Assembly: GCA_963695855.1 (NCBI GenBank) | Contig: CAVOHZ010000010.1 | Location: 1,728,001 to 1,792,000, forward strand | Reading direction: 5' to 3' | Length of the DNA stretch: 64,000 bases | Source of the DNA: an uncultured Nitrososphaerales archaeon | Lineage (GTDB): Archaea > Thermoproteota > Nitrososphaeria > Nitrososphaerales > Nitrososphaeraceae | Shown here: positions 1-11,469 of the stretch, piece by piece | How positions within the stretch are numbered: the first letter of the stretch is position 1 | Layout: each line of letters begins with the position of its first letter | Notes under the pieces: model-generated | What the model was told of the DNA's origin: nothing | The model's database searches: none | The model's input: only the letters and a program-made list of their open reading frames with translations | Position numbers and translations under genes: made by a program

Positions 1-309
1 TCATCTTTAATTGACAAGTACATTTTAACAATACTATCAGGATTTTAAATATTCATATCCACAAAATCATTTTAAAATAATTTTTAATGAAAATTACCTC
101 CAAATTTCAAGTTATGTATAGATAGGATCACATAGAGGTCTTGTTGATTACTTATGCTATTATCACTCATGAAATAAATATTCGGAGAATCTGTTATTCT
201 ACTCTTTTTATAATTGTCATAAAAGTTTCTACCAATATTTGTAAATATTTATGTTCTAAATCTATTTATAAATAATATTTATAATCAAATAATTACTTTT
301 TAGTCGAAT

Positions 310-651
310 TCAATTTGGAAGATATCTTGCTGCAACATAAATTGGTACATATATAGAGAGTTTATCTTTTTCTGGATCATAAATTACATATGTAGAACTC
401 ATATCTACATTATCAAAAGCTAAATTGATCATAGTATTATTCACTCTTACATTACTAGCATTCATAATCGGAAAGTCAAGTCTAGTTTTGTTTTTACCTT
501 CTATATTAATTTGTTTAGGATCTGTTACTACTTTGATATTAGTAGCAAAGATGTCGAATCCTAATAAGTTATATTTCATAACAGGTATAATATATTCTAA
601 CGGTTCTTTTTTGTCTAAAATAAACGTTTTAATAGTTTCATTGGGAAACAC
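310..651 (-). CDS. hypothetical protein (start uncertain)
   Basis: 113-aa ORF, no recognised motif. Confidence 0.5.
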   Translation of the reverse strand: MFPNETIKTFILDKKEPLEYIIPVMKYNLLGFDIFATNIKVVTDPKQINIEGKNKTRLDFPIMNASNVRVNNTMINLAFDNVDMSSTYVIYDPEKDKLSIYVPIYVAARYLPN

Positions 652-1026
652 CTGGTTAGAATCAATTTCTATATTATACTCTAATGATTTTGTTAAATTA
701 AATACATTTTTTGAAAGTATTGAATAGGTCTCTAAAAGTATTTAATGGATTATTATCATTACTATTTGCTTGACTATATACAAAAAATGGATCAATTGTA
801 GTCATTATTAATAATAACATTATCAATAAATGAATTACAGTAGTAGATTTATTAGACATATTTAATGGTAAATAATTTTTTAATATAATGCCTTATTTAA
901 ATTAGAAAACCAAATTAAGTTCAAATAAATATTTATAGATATATTTCATTCACAGATATTATAATTCATGTGTCAAAGATGGTTCTACTTTCTAATAATT
1001 TCAAATTTTATATATATCAATTATTA

Positions 1027-1230
1027 CTAGCCTTGATCCAATTTTAATTTTGATTTGTATTTCTTATTTCTTGGTCTTGTTCTCAATCTATAACCACAAC
1101 ATGGACACCAGAAACCTTCCCATTTGATAAAGAGCTGACATACTTGACAACGTTTTTGTCCTGCTAGATAACGACCAATATTACCAGGTTTTAATGCCTT
1201 ATGACGTAAGCATATTCCTTTACATACCAT
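1027..1230 (-). CDS. small Cys-rich zinc-finger protein of a type conserved in thaumarchaea
   Basis: CKGIC...RCQVC...WCPCCGYRLR motif pattern. Confidence 0.8.
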   Translation of the reverse strand: MVCKGICLRHKALKPGNIGRYLAGQKRCQVCQLFIKWEGFWCPCCGYRLRTRPRNKKYKSKLKLDQG

Positions 1231-1317
1231 TATTACTCACTTTCCTTATCGTTGTCAAAAGAACCAATTTTACTTGGATCAAAGAAAAATGTTTAATTAA
1301 AATTGTATAAATTTTGA

Positions 1318-1638
1318 TTAGATAAAATATGATTCAATCTCTCCTAATCTATCTAAGGATCCCTCACATTCACGAAGATCTGAAAATTCTGTCGAAGTTC
1401 TCACCTTTTGCAAAAACAAAATAACCTCTTCGTTGTTTACTCCATGTTTGATGTCATATTTTATTTTCCTTTGTACTTTATTTATTCCGCCATAACGTTT
1501 ATGAATTCTTCGTTCAAACCTACTGGCATCAGGTGAAAGTCCTTTAACATGTTTTATTATCGTTTTTTCCATGTTTTTTACATGCCAATCTCTCATAGGA
1601 AAAATATTTTGAGTCAAAAAAATCAATATACTATACAA
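1318..1638 (-). CDS. conserved hypothetical protein (likely start MRDWHVK)
   Basis: clean ORF, resembles thaumarchaeal hypothetical proteins. Confidence 0.6.
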   Translation of the reverse strand: MYSILIFLTQNIFPMRDWHVKNMEKTIIKHVKGLSPDASRFERRIHKRYGGINKVQRKIKYDIKHGVNNEEVILFLQKVRTSTEFSDLRECEGSLDRLGEIESYFI

Positions 1639-2581
1639 AACAGTGGAATATAATGCAACCTATTAATCAAACCTTATTTTTATACTCTAGTCTATAACTA
1701 TTTACATATCTTAACTATCAAAATAGAATTTATAGGATAATATGGCTAAGATCCTATTTTACTACCATTCCACATAGAAAATACGATGGAGTAATTTCAA
1801 AAACTATTGAATGTCCTTTCCTTGGACTATCAATCAACATTTTAGCTATTTGATCTTATAATCTAGATATTTTATAGCATTTTTTTTCAGACATAGAAAC
1901 TACAAAAATTCATATTCTCATGTATCTTGATTTTTGTTTTTCCTCATACTCCTATATATAACGCATTACTTTCAACTACAGAAAAATATATTTTATTATT
2001 TTAAGCTATTTTTCCTAGGATATTTGAAGTTTTAACATAGAATTTTAGTTGAGATGAATGAAAGTAATACCAAACAGGATAAATATTTGGTTCATTCTTT
2101 TTATCTAAGAATATAATTAAAAGCTCAATATTTACAGTAAAAGGAGTTCACAAAGTTTACAAAATCAAAAATATAAAATTTCTTCGTAGCATTCTAAGCT
2201 TTATTTATTCTTCTCCAAATCCTGTTATAATCTGGAATTGATGGTAATGTGTTGGAAGCATGTTCTCATACTACACCTTCTGTCTGTTTATTGTATTGTA
2301 AATGAAAATATGTTCCCACGTACCCAAATAACTTGATAAATAAACGAATCTGGAACACAAACTTCTTTTTATTCATCTTTTCTAATTCAATATCAGGTAA
2401 TAGCTCGCCTCTTTTTACTAAAGACTCATTGAATTTCTCTAGTTCACATAATGGTATTAGGATAGGTAAGTACAATTTTATCACGAATCCAATACAAAAA
2501 AGTAATAGATTAAAAATAATTTTCTTTTAGTACTAATTATATCTTATATATCAAATCTGTTAATTTGAAATGTTTTAACAA

Positions 2582-3772
2582 GTGAGACGATATCATGGTT
2601 TAAAAAATGTATTGTACATGGGTTTAGTTAGCTTCTTTACAGATATTTCTACTGAAATGATTACCTCCGTTTTACCTTTGTATATTATTAAAGATTTAGA
2701 TTTATCAAGAACCATTTTAGGCGCTATCGAAGGATCTGGAGAATTTGTAAATTATATATTTAGAATACCTTCGGGATACATTTCTGACAAAATTGGAAAA
2801 AGAAAAATTGTCATTATAATTGGCTATGGAATATCAACTATCAGTAAACCATTTTTTATATTTGCTACCTCATTTTTAGATACTATTATCGTCAGAATTT
2901 CTGATAGAATAGGAAAAGGTATTAGAACCGCACCTCGCGATGCATTAATTGCTGATTCTATAGATCAATCCATCTCCGGAAAGGCATTTGGTATTCATAG
3001 AACATTAGATCAAATAGGCGCTATAATAGGTCCATTGTTTGCATTTTTAATATTAGAATTGTTTCAAAATATTCAGTACATCTTTTTACTTTCAATAATA
3101 CCTGGAATAATATCACTTTTTATATTGATATATTTTGTAAAAGATAAACTTTATACAAATAGTAAAAAAGGACTTACTAATATCACCTTTTTTTCAAATT
3201 TACAAATTTTATTCATAGAAAATAAAACATTTGTTTATATAATTGTAATATTAGGAATATTTAGCCTAGGCGCTTTCAACTATTCCTTTGTACTTTTAAA
3301 ATCATCTGATTTAGGAGTTGAACAGAGTTTCATACCTATCATATACACAATAATTAACATCACCCATACTATAATTGGTATTCCTTCAGGAATATTATCA
3401 GATCGAATAGGAAAAGAAAGAGTATTAATAATTGGATTTCTGTTGTTTATAATATCTACAATTTTTATGTATTTTTCAGATAAATATAATATCATTTACA
3501 TCATTTCAATTCCTTTAATTTATGGTCTATATGTTGGTATATCTGAGACTATTCAGAGAGCGTTAATTTCTAAATATGTGTCTCCACAAAATAGAGGAAC
3601 TGCATTTGGATTCTACGGTCTGATAGTAGGAATATGTCTCTTAATAGGAAATATCACATTTGGTTTCTTGTGGGATAATTATGATATTAACATAGCATTG
3701 CTTTATAGTATAAGTCTATCAACTTTAGCAATTATTTTTATGTTTGGTTTTATAAAAATTAAGAAATATTAA
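2582..3772 (+). CDS. MFS transporter
   Basis: about 12 hydrophobic segments; MFS motif A (GYISDKIGKRK, GILSDRIGKER); DRIGKGIRTAPRDALI. Confidence 0.92.
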   Translation: MRRYHGLKNVLYMGLVSFFTDISTEMITSVLPLYIIKDLDLSRTILGAIEGSGEFVNYIFRIPSGYISDKIGKRKIVIIIGYGISTISKPFFIFATSFLDTIIVRISDRIGKGIRTAPRDALIADSIDQSISGKAFGIHRTLDQIGAIIGPLFAFLILELFQNIQYIFLLSIIPGIISLFILIYFVKDKLYTNSKKGLTNITFFSNLQILFIENKTFVYIIVILGIFSLGAFNYSFVLLKSSDLGVEQSFIPIIYTIINITHTIIGIPSGILSDRIGKERVLIIGFLLFIISTIFMYFSDKYNIIYIISIPLIYGLYVGISETIQRALISKYVSPQNRGTAFGFYGLIVGICLLIGNITFGFLWDNYDINIALLYSISLSTLAIIFMFGFIKIKKY

Positions 3773-4301
3773 CTTAAATTATTTTTCTATTGAGATATTA
3801 ATGATAATAAATCATATAACATGAGTTGGATGTAAAATAAAATTCGAATCTGATAACAGAAATAGCTTTATTTTTAGCTACACATTTTCCAATGATCTTG
3901 ACAATACTATCTTATCAAAAGAGTAGAAACTTTGAAAAAATATTCATATTATTTGAAGAAGAGAATTTTCAACAGTATAAATAATTATTTCATTAGTCCT
4001 GAATAAATACAAGAATTTGCAAAATCTAGTGATAAATTTTATTTCCTCAGTTTAAAAGAATTTTATTATCTATATTTGTATATTTACATTTGCAAAGATA
4101 GCACCTTTAAAATTGACTCATAGAAGTTGATTTTCATTTACAAAATTTATAGGTTATATAGGATAATTTAAGAATTGTACCCATTATCAAGATATTTCGT
4201 AATTTTAAAAAATAACAATATCTTAAAAATATAGATTAACTATATATATTTAGAGTTGAATAAAAAATAACAATAAACTTTCTTATTAAAAACTCTGTAT
4301 C

Positions 4302-5252
4302 TGTATTATCCCATGACATCTGTTACACTCTTTTACTTGGTAAGAGTAAGGAGTGTTGTTACACTAGATGCAGTATAAACAAGATCTAGAAAAGATAAGA
4401 AGATGGTGTATAAGACGTAAACTGGAAGGAGGATGGAAAGTAACTGACATCTGTAAACATATACACATATCCAGAATGAGTTTCTACAGATACTGGAACA
4501 GGTACAAGAAAGAGGGATTAAATGGACTAAAAGAATCATTCTAAAAGACCCACATACAATTCATAGAACAGATAAAAAGATAGAACAGAAGGTAGTACAG
4601 TTAAGAAAGAAATACCATTACTGTCCACACAAGATACAAGGAACTCTTGCGAACCAATACAACATAAAGGTAGGACATATGACAGTATACAGAATTTTAT
4701 GCAAAAGCGGATTGAACAACAATCCTATCAACAAACCCAGAAAGAAGAGAAAATACATACAATTTGAGCGTAAATTTCCAAATGAATTGTGGCAGATTGA
4801 CCTGAAAGTTATAGAAAATGAAGGAATTTGGCTGATATCTATTTTTGATGATCACACCAGATATGTGTTATCATCTATCAAATGTGTAGAAGGTACATCA
4901 GATAAGATTATTTATCTATTGAAGCGTACAATCAGAAAATATGGAAAACCATTACAGATACTGACAGACCATGGTTCACAATTCTATAATTCACATTCTA
5001 AATTACAGTCAGATTTTGATTCTTTCTGCAAAGAATATGACATACAACATGTTATGGGTGGTATAGGAAAACCTACCACACTTGGTAAAATAGAAAGATG
5101 GCATCGTACATATGATGTAGAGCGACCTAGATTCAAAAGACATGAGCAATTCATTAAATATTACAATAATAAAAGAGTACATATGTCATTGAACTACATG
5201 ACACCAGTACAAGTGTATAATAGGAGTGTAACACATGTGGTGGGATAATACA
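4302..5252 (+). mobile_element. IS481-family insertion sequence with 15-bp target-site duplication
   Basis: Terminal inverted repeats TGTATTATCCCA..ACAT.TGTTACACT at 4302 and 5252; TAAAAACTCTGTATC duplicated at 4287-4301 and 5253-5267. Confidence 0.92.
4368..5248 (+). pseudogene. IS481-family DDE transposase, frameshifted near 4540
   Basis: HTH N-terminus MQYKQDLEK...YRYWNRYKKEG stops at about 4543; integrase core WQIDLK...LTDHGSQF...GKIERWHRT in 4679-5248. Confidence 0.88.
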
Positions 5253-5802
5253 TAAAAACTCTGTATCTACAGTAATAGTAGTTGCAATTTTCACTATATC
5301 AATTGTTGGTACTTACGGTGTTTTATTGATAAATGGTCAAGCACCTTCCTCATCAAATATTGATATTTCCCAATGCGATAAAGTGATAAATGCCACTTCC
5401 TCAACAGGGATGATACATGGAAGTATAACTAATGATTGTATAAACGGAGGAAAAGGTAATGATATTTTGTACGGCGGATTGGGTTATGATATTTTAAATG
5501 GAAACGAAGGGGATGATGAACTAATAGGCGATTCTGGGAACGATAAATTGTATGGGGGAGCAGGAGATGATGATTTGGTTGGTAATTTAGGAGATGATCT
5601 ACTTGACGGTGGAGATGGAAATGATATACTTAAAGGAAATAAAGGTGATGATAAATTGATAGGAGGAAATGGTGATGATACGTTGATAGGTAATTCTGGT
5701 GCTGATTTTTACATATGTGGATCAGGAAATGACATCATAGTACAGTTTAACAATTTGAATGGAGATAGAAAAACTGCAGATTGTGAAACAGTAACAAGAT
5801 AG
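5253..5802 (+). pseudogene. RTX/hemolysin-type Ca-binding repeat secreted protein, signal peptide interrupted by IS481
   Basis: GGxGxDxLx nonapeptide repeats; hydrophobic N-terminus continues across the target duplication to about 4256. Confidence 0.8.
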
Positions 5803-6077
5803 AAATGAAAATAATGAATAATTATTTTAGTTTCTATTATTATCACTATGCAACAAAAAGAATTAAATGTTATATATTAAATCTTTTCCTAAGCTCTGTA
5901 AATTGAAATAATTTTGTTGTATACAGTACTATACTCAAGAAATTTTTGAAAAAATATAATAAATAAGAAAAAGATTACTAGTATCTTTTAACGATATACT
6001 TTTCAATTCAAGTAGTATATGTAATTTTGATACATCCATAAAAGTATAAACTATGGATAAAAATAAAGGATTGAATA

Positions 6078-6272
6078 TTAAGCTTGTTTAATTATCTTTT
6101 TAAAATGTTCAAGATTCTTGGAAATCTCTTCATTCCAAGATTCTTCTGTATAACCATGTTCTTTTATACCATGTTCCTTAGCATTTTTCAAAACTTCCTC
6201 TTCTGTTTCACCATAAATGGTATGAGTACATACAGGGTCTCCTGCATCCTTGCAGTTGATTGAAAGAGTCAT
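6078..6272 (-). CDS. DUF1059-like small metal-binding protein
   Basis: CKDAG..C...GETEEEVLKNAKEH...H pattern. Confidence 0.8.
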   Translation of the reverse strand: MTLSINCKDAGDPVCTHTIYGETEEEVLKNAKEHGIKEHGYTEESWNEEISKNLEHFKKIIKQA

Positions 6273-6380
6273 ATTGTATTTTATTATTAGATTAGAAATT
6301 ATTTAAACATGATCTAATCAAAAAATATGGATGAATTATTGATGTTGTTAAATCATTCTCTATTTAACTACTGGAGTTGA

Positions 6381-6425
6381 GCGCCGAGAGTGGGACTCGA
6401 ACCTCGAAGCCATACAACTGGGTTT
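6381..6425 (-). other. tRNA 3'-half fragment (att-like scar)
   Basis: reverse complement GGTTCGAGTCCCACTCTCGGCGC is a T-arm plus acceptor 3' strand; near-identical to 45056-45078. Confidence 0.75.
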
Positions 6426-6666
6426 ATACTGTTAAATTTAAAAGTTCTAATTATTCCCACAATAGGAAATAAATTATTTTAAACCTTTTCTAACATTGTT
6501 AAAAGAATAATTTTATATTGTATTATGTAACGTACACTGGAGAAACAAATACATAGGAATTTGCCAAGAGTTATTATTCAAGAACTATTTTGGACAATAT
6601 TTAGAAATTCGATGAAAAATTTTAAAAAATATTATTTCTATTACTCTCAACGCTAGGAATTAAGTC

Positions 6667-7710
6667 TTAAATTATGGGCGGTTGTATTTCTCTTACACTC
6701 AAATTTCTAAAATCAACCAAGACATTATCCCATCTAAAAGTTGCAGTGGGAGAACCCCATGTAATTATTTGATCTTCTTTCCCTTGACATTTATTACCAT
6801 CTTTACCCCATCCTCCACTATCACGATCTTCCGCAATTTTGAACCATGTATTGTTGAGATAGGGATCAAGCCAATTCTCAAGTTTTACTGTGCCATCTTT
6901 GAGATTATACATGACACTTTTAAACCTAAACCAATTATCTTTTAAATCACCAAAAGGATGAGAAATTTTTGGTTTTTTCCATGGCTTTGCATGAACTAGT
7001 TCTTTATTTAAGTTACTTGTTCCATCAAAATAGATTTTAAGCTTATAGCTTGATCCACCACATCCATTATTTATAAGAGAATGATGCTCGGATCTAGCGT
7101 AATGTGTTATACCTGGACCTTCGCCTATTTTATATAAATACTCTCCAGTAATTTCTACATTCTTCCAATCTGTAGGTTTATACCAATAGCCTTTTTTCGA
7201 GAGCTCTGTAAAGTTATAAGTTTCCATATTTCCTTTTGGATAACCTATTCCGTCTTTGGAATATACTCCCATTCGGGATCTTTCGCCTATGCTATAACTT
7301 CCATCCTCATTCTTTATAATACTCTTATAATTATGCAAGTATGGATCTGATTCTGGATCATAATTATTCATAAACCATTCAAAACCATTTTTTTTAGTAG
7401 GATAGATTTTTTTTATTCCAAATATATCGATATCCAAATTACTAAAATTTGCTGGCTGATGTTTTATTTCCACTTCATGAAGATCAGCATCTTCTTGGTT
7501 TACAGATTCTGGATCTTTATATTTATTCTGTTGTGAAAATACTAAATTCTCATTTATAAAATAAGTGGTAGCTATTAACAGAAAAAACGAAAAAAGTATT
7601 ATTAAGCTAGTTTTTATTATTTTTTCTTTTTTCATAAATACAATAACGGTATAGATTTGAAAAAGGTTTTCATGTAATAAATATAAGAATAATTGATATT
7701 TGAGTAACAT
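6667..7710 (-). CDS. secreted/membrane-anchored protein, possibly polysaccharide-lyase-like or carbohydrate-binding (likely start MKKEK)
   Basis: N-terminal TM segment; WKNVEITG...GCGGSSYK...TWGSPTATFRWD motif set. Confidence 0.65.
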   Translation of the reverse strand: MLLKYQLFLYLLHENLFQIYTVIVFMKKEKIIKTSLIILFSFFLLIATTYFINENLVFSQQNKYKDPESVNQEDADLHEVEIKHQPANFSNLDIDIFGIKKIYPTKKNGFEWFMNNYDPESDPYLHNYKSIIKNEDGSYSIGERSRMGVYSKDGIGYPKGNMETYNFTELSKKGYWYKPTDWKNVEITGEYLYKIGEGPGITHYARSEHHSLINNGCGGSSYKLKIYFDGTSNLNKELVHAKPWKKPKISHPFGDLKDNWFRFKSVMYNLKDGTVKLENWLDPYLNNTWFKIAEDRDSGGWGKDGNKCQGKEDQIITWGSPTATFRWDNVLVDFRNLSVREIQPPII

Positions 7711-7849
7711 CTTAAGTTTATTGGACTAATTATTATCATTATTTGGTATACCAGTCTTTGAAATTGTAAAGTGATCTATTATTATGTTATTTTGAAAGCT
7801 AGTTATAGTAGTAGTTCTCTTATCTTAGTTTTATTTACTTATTTATTTT

Positions 7850-8038
7850 ATGGATAATATTTATTTTATGGATAATAATACTCGTATCAGAAAATTCTTA
7901 ACTTATAAATCGTACATATATAGTAAGTATATTTGTATTCCGAAAGACTTTGAAAAATTAAATTTGGAAGAAAACCAATTAATGAAATTAATGTTAAATG
8001 AAAATAATCAATTAATTGTTACTAGATTAGAGATTTAG
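7850..8038 (+). CDS. AbrB/MazE-like small DNA-binding protein
   Basis: SKYICIPKDFEKLNL pattern. Confidence 0.45.
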   Translation: MDNIYFMDNNTRIRKFLTYKSYIYSKYICIPKDFEKLNLEENQLMKLMLNENNQLIVTRLEI

Positions 8039-8039
8039 A

Positions 8040-8575
8040 TATATCTTTAAAACAATCTTCTCTTCAGGAAACTCAAGATCCCTGTCTAGTTCTAATGCTT
8101 TTTCTATATCATCTTTATAAATACGACCCAGTTCACATTTGGTTTTTTGCTTTGTTATACTAAGCATCAGCATATTTTGGATCTGTCTCCAAAGCCTTGT
8201 CCAAAAGATTCAAGCCTCTTTCATATCTACCAAGTATGTCAAGAACATTGCCTTTGTTATAGTAGGTTAGAACATATTTTGGATCTATATCTAATGATTT
8301 CTATAATAATTTTAGGGGAAACTCGTACTTTTTCTGTAATAACAACTTGTAGAAAGTAAGAAAAGATTATATTTATTATCTTCAATTTCTACATATTTAT
8401 CAATATAGTGTTTTTGCAAAGGTTTCCATTTGTTACCATCTTTAAAATCATATTCTAATTCCTCTATTTGAAAATCATGTACACTAAAAGTTTCGTTCGA
8501 ATTTTTGGAAATTAACATTAAATCTTTTGACAAAGCAATATTGCTGGTATAGATATAACGAAAAAATGATTGCAA
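8040..8575 (-). pseudogene. fragmented hypothetical gene
   Basis: 87-aa ORF with coding-like sequence continuing in other frames. Confidence 0.35.
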
Positions 8576-8684
8576 ATGAATAATTGTTGTTGCAGAAAAA
8601 TTGAGGAAGATATTTGTTATGTGTTATCTTCTGTGCATAACAAGTATCAGTTATTGTTGCTTGCTGTTTCTGTTCGTATCATGT

Positions 8685-9377
8685 TCATACTTTTGTTGCA
8701 GGTAGCACCAATATTTGACCGACCATGTTAGGCAGGTGTACGTGACAGACATAATTTATGATTCCCGGATTGTTTGCTATGAATGATACAGTATTGATTT
8801 GTCCTCTCATAAGTTCGAAGTTTCCTACTCCATCGACCGTAATTACATGATGTGCTCCTTGTACTCCTATGAAATGGAGAGTGACTTTATCGCCTTGGTT
8901 AACCACTATTTGATTTGGAGCGAATGCAAATGATCTAAAGTCCCAAGCTCCTGCTTTATTTGGTTCTGTTATCTTGATTCCTCCTCCAGTTGGTATAGTC
9001 GAATTTGCAGGAGGCTGCTCTGCTGGATGTAGTGGAGTATTCTGGGGACAAGTATCACATTTTACGGCAGCGTTTATGTTTGTCATTCCATCAAAATGTA
9101 CTGTATTTATCCAGAATTCCTTGTTCGTTGTTTGATTTGGGTTAACTGCTTTTACTGCTGCTCCAGTCATACTACTACTTGCTGATGCAGCCTTGTACTC
9201 ATTTGGTGTTTCTGTTGTTGTGCTTTTTGCAGGTTGGTAAACTTCTTGTGTCATTGCTTTCTGTAAGTTTTGAGTATTGTTGATGCCAATTATCATAGCC
9301 CCTACCACTGATGCAGCTATGATTGTCACAGCCATTAGCTGTGCTTGTTTTAAATCTATTATTTTTTTTCGATTCAT
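8685..9377 (-). CDS. secreted cupredoxin (blue copper) domain protein
   Basis: signal/TM segment; FAPNQIVVNQGDKV...H...YVCHVHLPNM type-1 Cu ligands; likely start MNRKK. Confidence 0.88.
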   Translation of the reverse strand: MNRKKIIDLKQAQLMAVTIIAASVVGAMIIGINNTQNLQKAMTQEVYQPAKSTTTETPNEYKAASASSSMTGAAVKAVNPNQTTNKEFWINTVHFDGMTNINAAVKCDTCPQNTPLHPAEQPPANSTIPTGGGIKITEPNKAGAWDFRSFAFAPNQIVVNQGDKVTLHFIGVQGAHHVITVDGVGNFELMRGQINTVSFIANNPGIINYVCHVHLPNMVGQILVLPATKV

Positions 9378-9421
9378 TTTGTAGATGTAATATGTTCTAG
9401 TTTTCATATAAACAAGGAGAC

Positions 9422-9454
9422 AAATTCCATCTCTGAATTTCACAAATGGAATTC
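9422..9454. promoter_or_regulatory. two overlapping palindromic operator-like sites (GAATTYCA-N4-TGGAATTC type)
   Basis: AAATTCCA-tctc-TGAATTTC and GAATTTCA-caaa-TGGAATTC between divergent cupredoxin and wHTH genes. Confidence 0.55.
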
Positions 9455-9627
9455 GTCTAACTAAGGCAAAAATAGCAAAATTATTTTCAAAATCAGTTTA
9501 AGTATTTCTCGATCTTTGTTATAATAAATATTCTTCTTTCGCAAATGAAGAAAAAAGAACTACGCTTATTGCATCTATAATCGTTAATATATTAAATACG
9601 AACTAGATAACAAGAAATCAGAGAATA

Positions 9628-9981
9628 ATGATAGTTCAAAGCCAAAGAGCAAAGAAAGCACTCCTAGCTGCTTTGGCTGATGAAGAAATGACTAAAATCT
9701 TGGATTCTGTTATGTATCAATCTAAATCTATTGCTGATATCACAAGAGAAAATAATATTGCACATACTACATGCTATAGAAAAACCAAATGGCTAATTAA
9801 CGAAGGACTTGTTATAGTTGACAAAATTGTTATTACACCGGAAGGAAAGAAATTTAGTTTGTATCGTAGTGTTTTCAAATCTATAAACGCAAAATACGAA
9901 ATCAATAATGTAATTGTAGAAGCTGAACAGAATTTTGACATTGTAAAAAAGACAATGGCATGGTTTTATTCATTAGAATGA
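9628..9981 (+). CDS. ArsR-like winged-helix transcriptional regulator
   Basis: LLAALADEEMTKIL...KSIADI...TTCYRKTKWL...GL...GKK..LY. Confidence 0.85.
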   Translation: MIVQSQRAKKALLAALADEEMTKILDSVMYQSKSIADITRENNIAHTTCYRKTKWLINEGLVIVDKIVITPEGKKFSLYRSVFKSINAKYEINNVIVEAEQNFDIVKKTMAWFYSLE

Positions 9982-10011
9982 TGATCATAGGAATTATAAT
10001 AACACAACAAC

Positions 10012-10410
10012 TCAGTTATTGCTGCTACTAGTAGTCCTACTACCACCATTACTATTATCATTATCTATATTACTTTCAATCATCTTTTTTCCTCGTTTTT
10101 CTGCATAATAAAATCTAAACCACATTATAATAGTGAAAACGATTGCAGAGCCAACATGAATTTGCGATCCAATATTTGGTGGCAAAGTTGAAAATATAGC
10201 AATTCTATTATTCTCTATTATTTCTCCTAAAATGTAAACTGCAATAAATATTGATATTTGAAATTGGAATGCTTTAATGCTCTTGGATCTTACTGCAAGC
10301 CACATGAATATGATCAACGGTATGAATGACAGAATAAGTGTAATATCACTCATAGAATGCAAAAAATAAGAAGTACTGATAGTATTGTTAATTTCAAATA
10401 TATTTATCAA
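10012..10410 (-). CDS. small 3-TM membrane protein
   Basis: three hydrophobic segments with His residues. Confidence 0.7.
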   Translation of the reverse strand: MINIFEINNTISTSYFLHSMSDITLILSFIPLIIFMWLAVRSKSIKAFQFQISIFIAVYILGEIIENNRIAIFSTLPPNIGSQIHVGSAIVFTIIMWFRFYYAEKRGKKMIESNIDNDNSNGGSRTTSSSNN

Positions 10411-10721
10411 GTGTTAAACTCCTGCTGTTGTTGTTTTTTTGCTTTAAACGTACTTATAAGATACATTACTGCGAACAAAAGCAATGCCATCATCGATAAT
10501 GGTTCTAGAAATCCTTTTGCCAATAATCTAAAACCAAGAGTTCCAACAATGTGGTAGAAAACCTGAATTAAAATAAATCCAATAAGTATTATGGTTAATT
10601 TTGTAAGATGATTATTATTATTGATACTGTTTCTTGATTTTAAAATAAAGTATGCTGGAATTATAGCAGCAACGATGTAAACAATAGCGTCAATAAGATT
10701 ATAATATTGAGTTTCCAGCAT
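10407..10721 (-). CDS. small 3-TM membrane protein
   Basis: three hydrophobic segments; 4-bp overlap with the next gene. Confidence 0.7.
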   Translation of the reverse strand: MLETQYYNLIDAIVYIVAAIIPAYFILKSRNSINNNNHLTKLTIILIGFILIQVFYHIVGTLGFRLLAKGFLEPLSMMALLLFAVMYLISTFKAKKQQQQEFNT

Positions 10722-10792
10722 TTTTAGACTAATTCACCACTATTTAACAACTAATACTTTATAATTATATTGAACATTAAAAGTAGTTATAC

Positions 10793-10812
10793 GAATTCCA
10801 GTTTTGGAATTC
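10793..10812. promoter_or_regulatory. perfect palindrome GAATTCCA-N4-TGGAATTC
   Basis: same motif as 9422-9454, upstream of the membrane-protein pair. Confidence 0.55.
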
Positions 10813-10916
10813 ACACATAAAATTCGTGTCTATTCTTATTAGAGCAATAAAGCAGATCGTAGAATAATGAATAATGAATAACATAAATCCTTTTATGAAA
10901 TATCAGAAATAAAAAA

Positions 10917-11186
10917 ATGAATTTGAGAAGCTACAGAAGAAACACCAAAATATACCTTGCTATGGTAGATCCCTGTCTTGTTTATAACAAGCATGTTCCA
11001 GCTGTTTACAATAAGGATACTCATTATGTAATAAATGAAAAGTTAACGTTAGAAATACTCAAGAAAATTTCTGATTGTGAACAAGTATTACAAATCAGTG
11101 ATGAATACACAGGCTGCTCTGCAACCATGGATGCATTATATGAGCTTAATCAGAGAAATTCCTCTAAATACAGTTTCTATGGATAA
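10917..11186 (+). CDS. hypothetical protein (possibly truncated)
   Basis: 89-aa ORF. Confidence 0.4.
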   Translation: MNLRSYRRNTKIYLAMVDPCLVYNKHVPAVYNKDTHYVINEKLTLEILKKISDCEQVLQISDEYTGCSATMDALYELNQRNSSKYSFYG

Positions 11187-11469
11187 GGATGTGTTTTTAG
11201 ATAATAAAAATATAGCTGTTGAACAAGAAGTAAAGAATATCAAACTTCAAAATTAATTAGACTAGACTTTTCATTTAAGAGAAGTATTATCAAATATTAA
11301 ATATTATTAGAATTTCAAAACTGTCCTAATTTATTAGGTAAGAAAGGAAAAAGTTATAACAATATTTTTTGAAATATACAATCCTAATCCTGTACCTTTA
11401 TCCTATTTCATTACAAAATTAACTTATCCATTATTTATCCATTTATTTACTATTATCAATAATGTCAAC

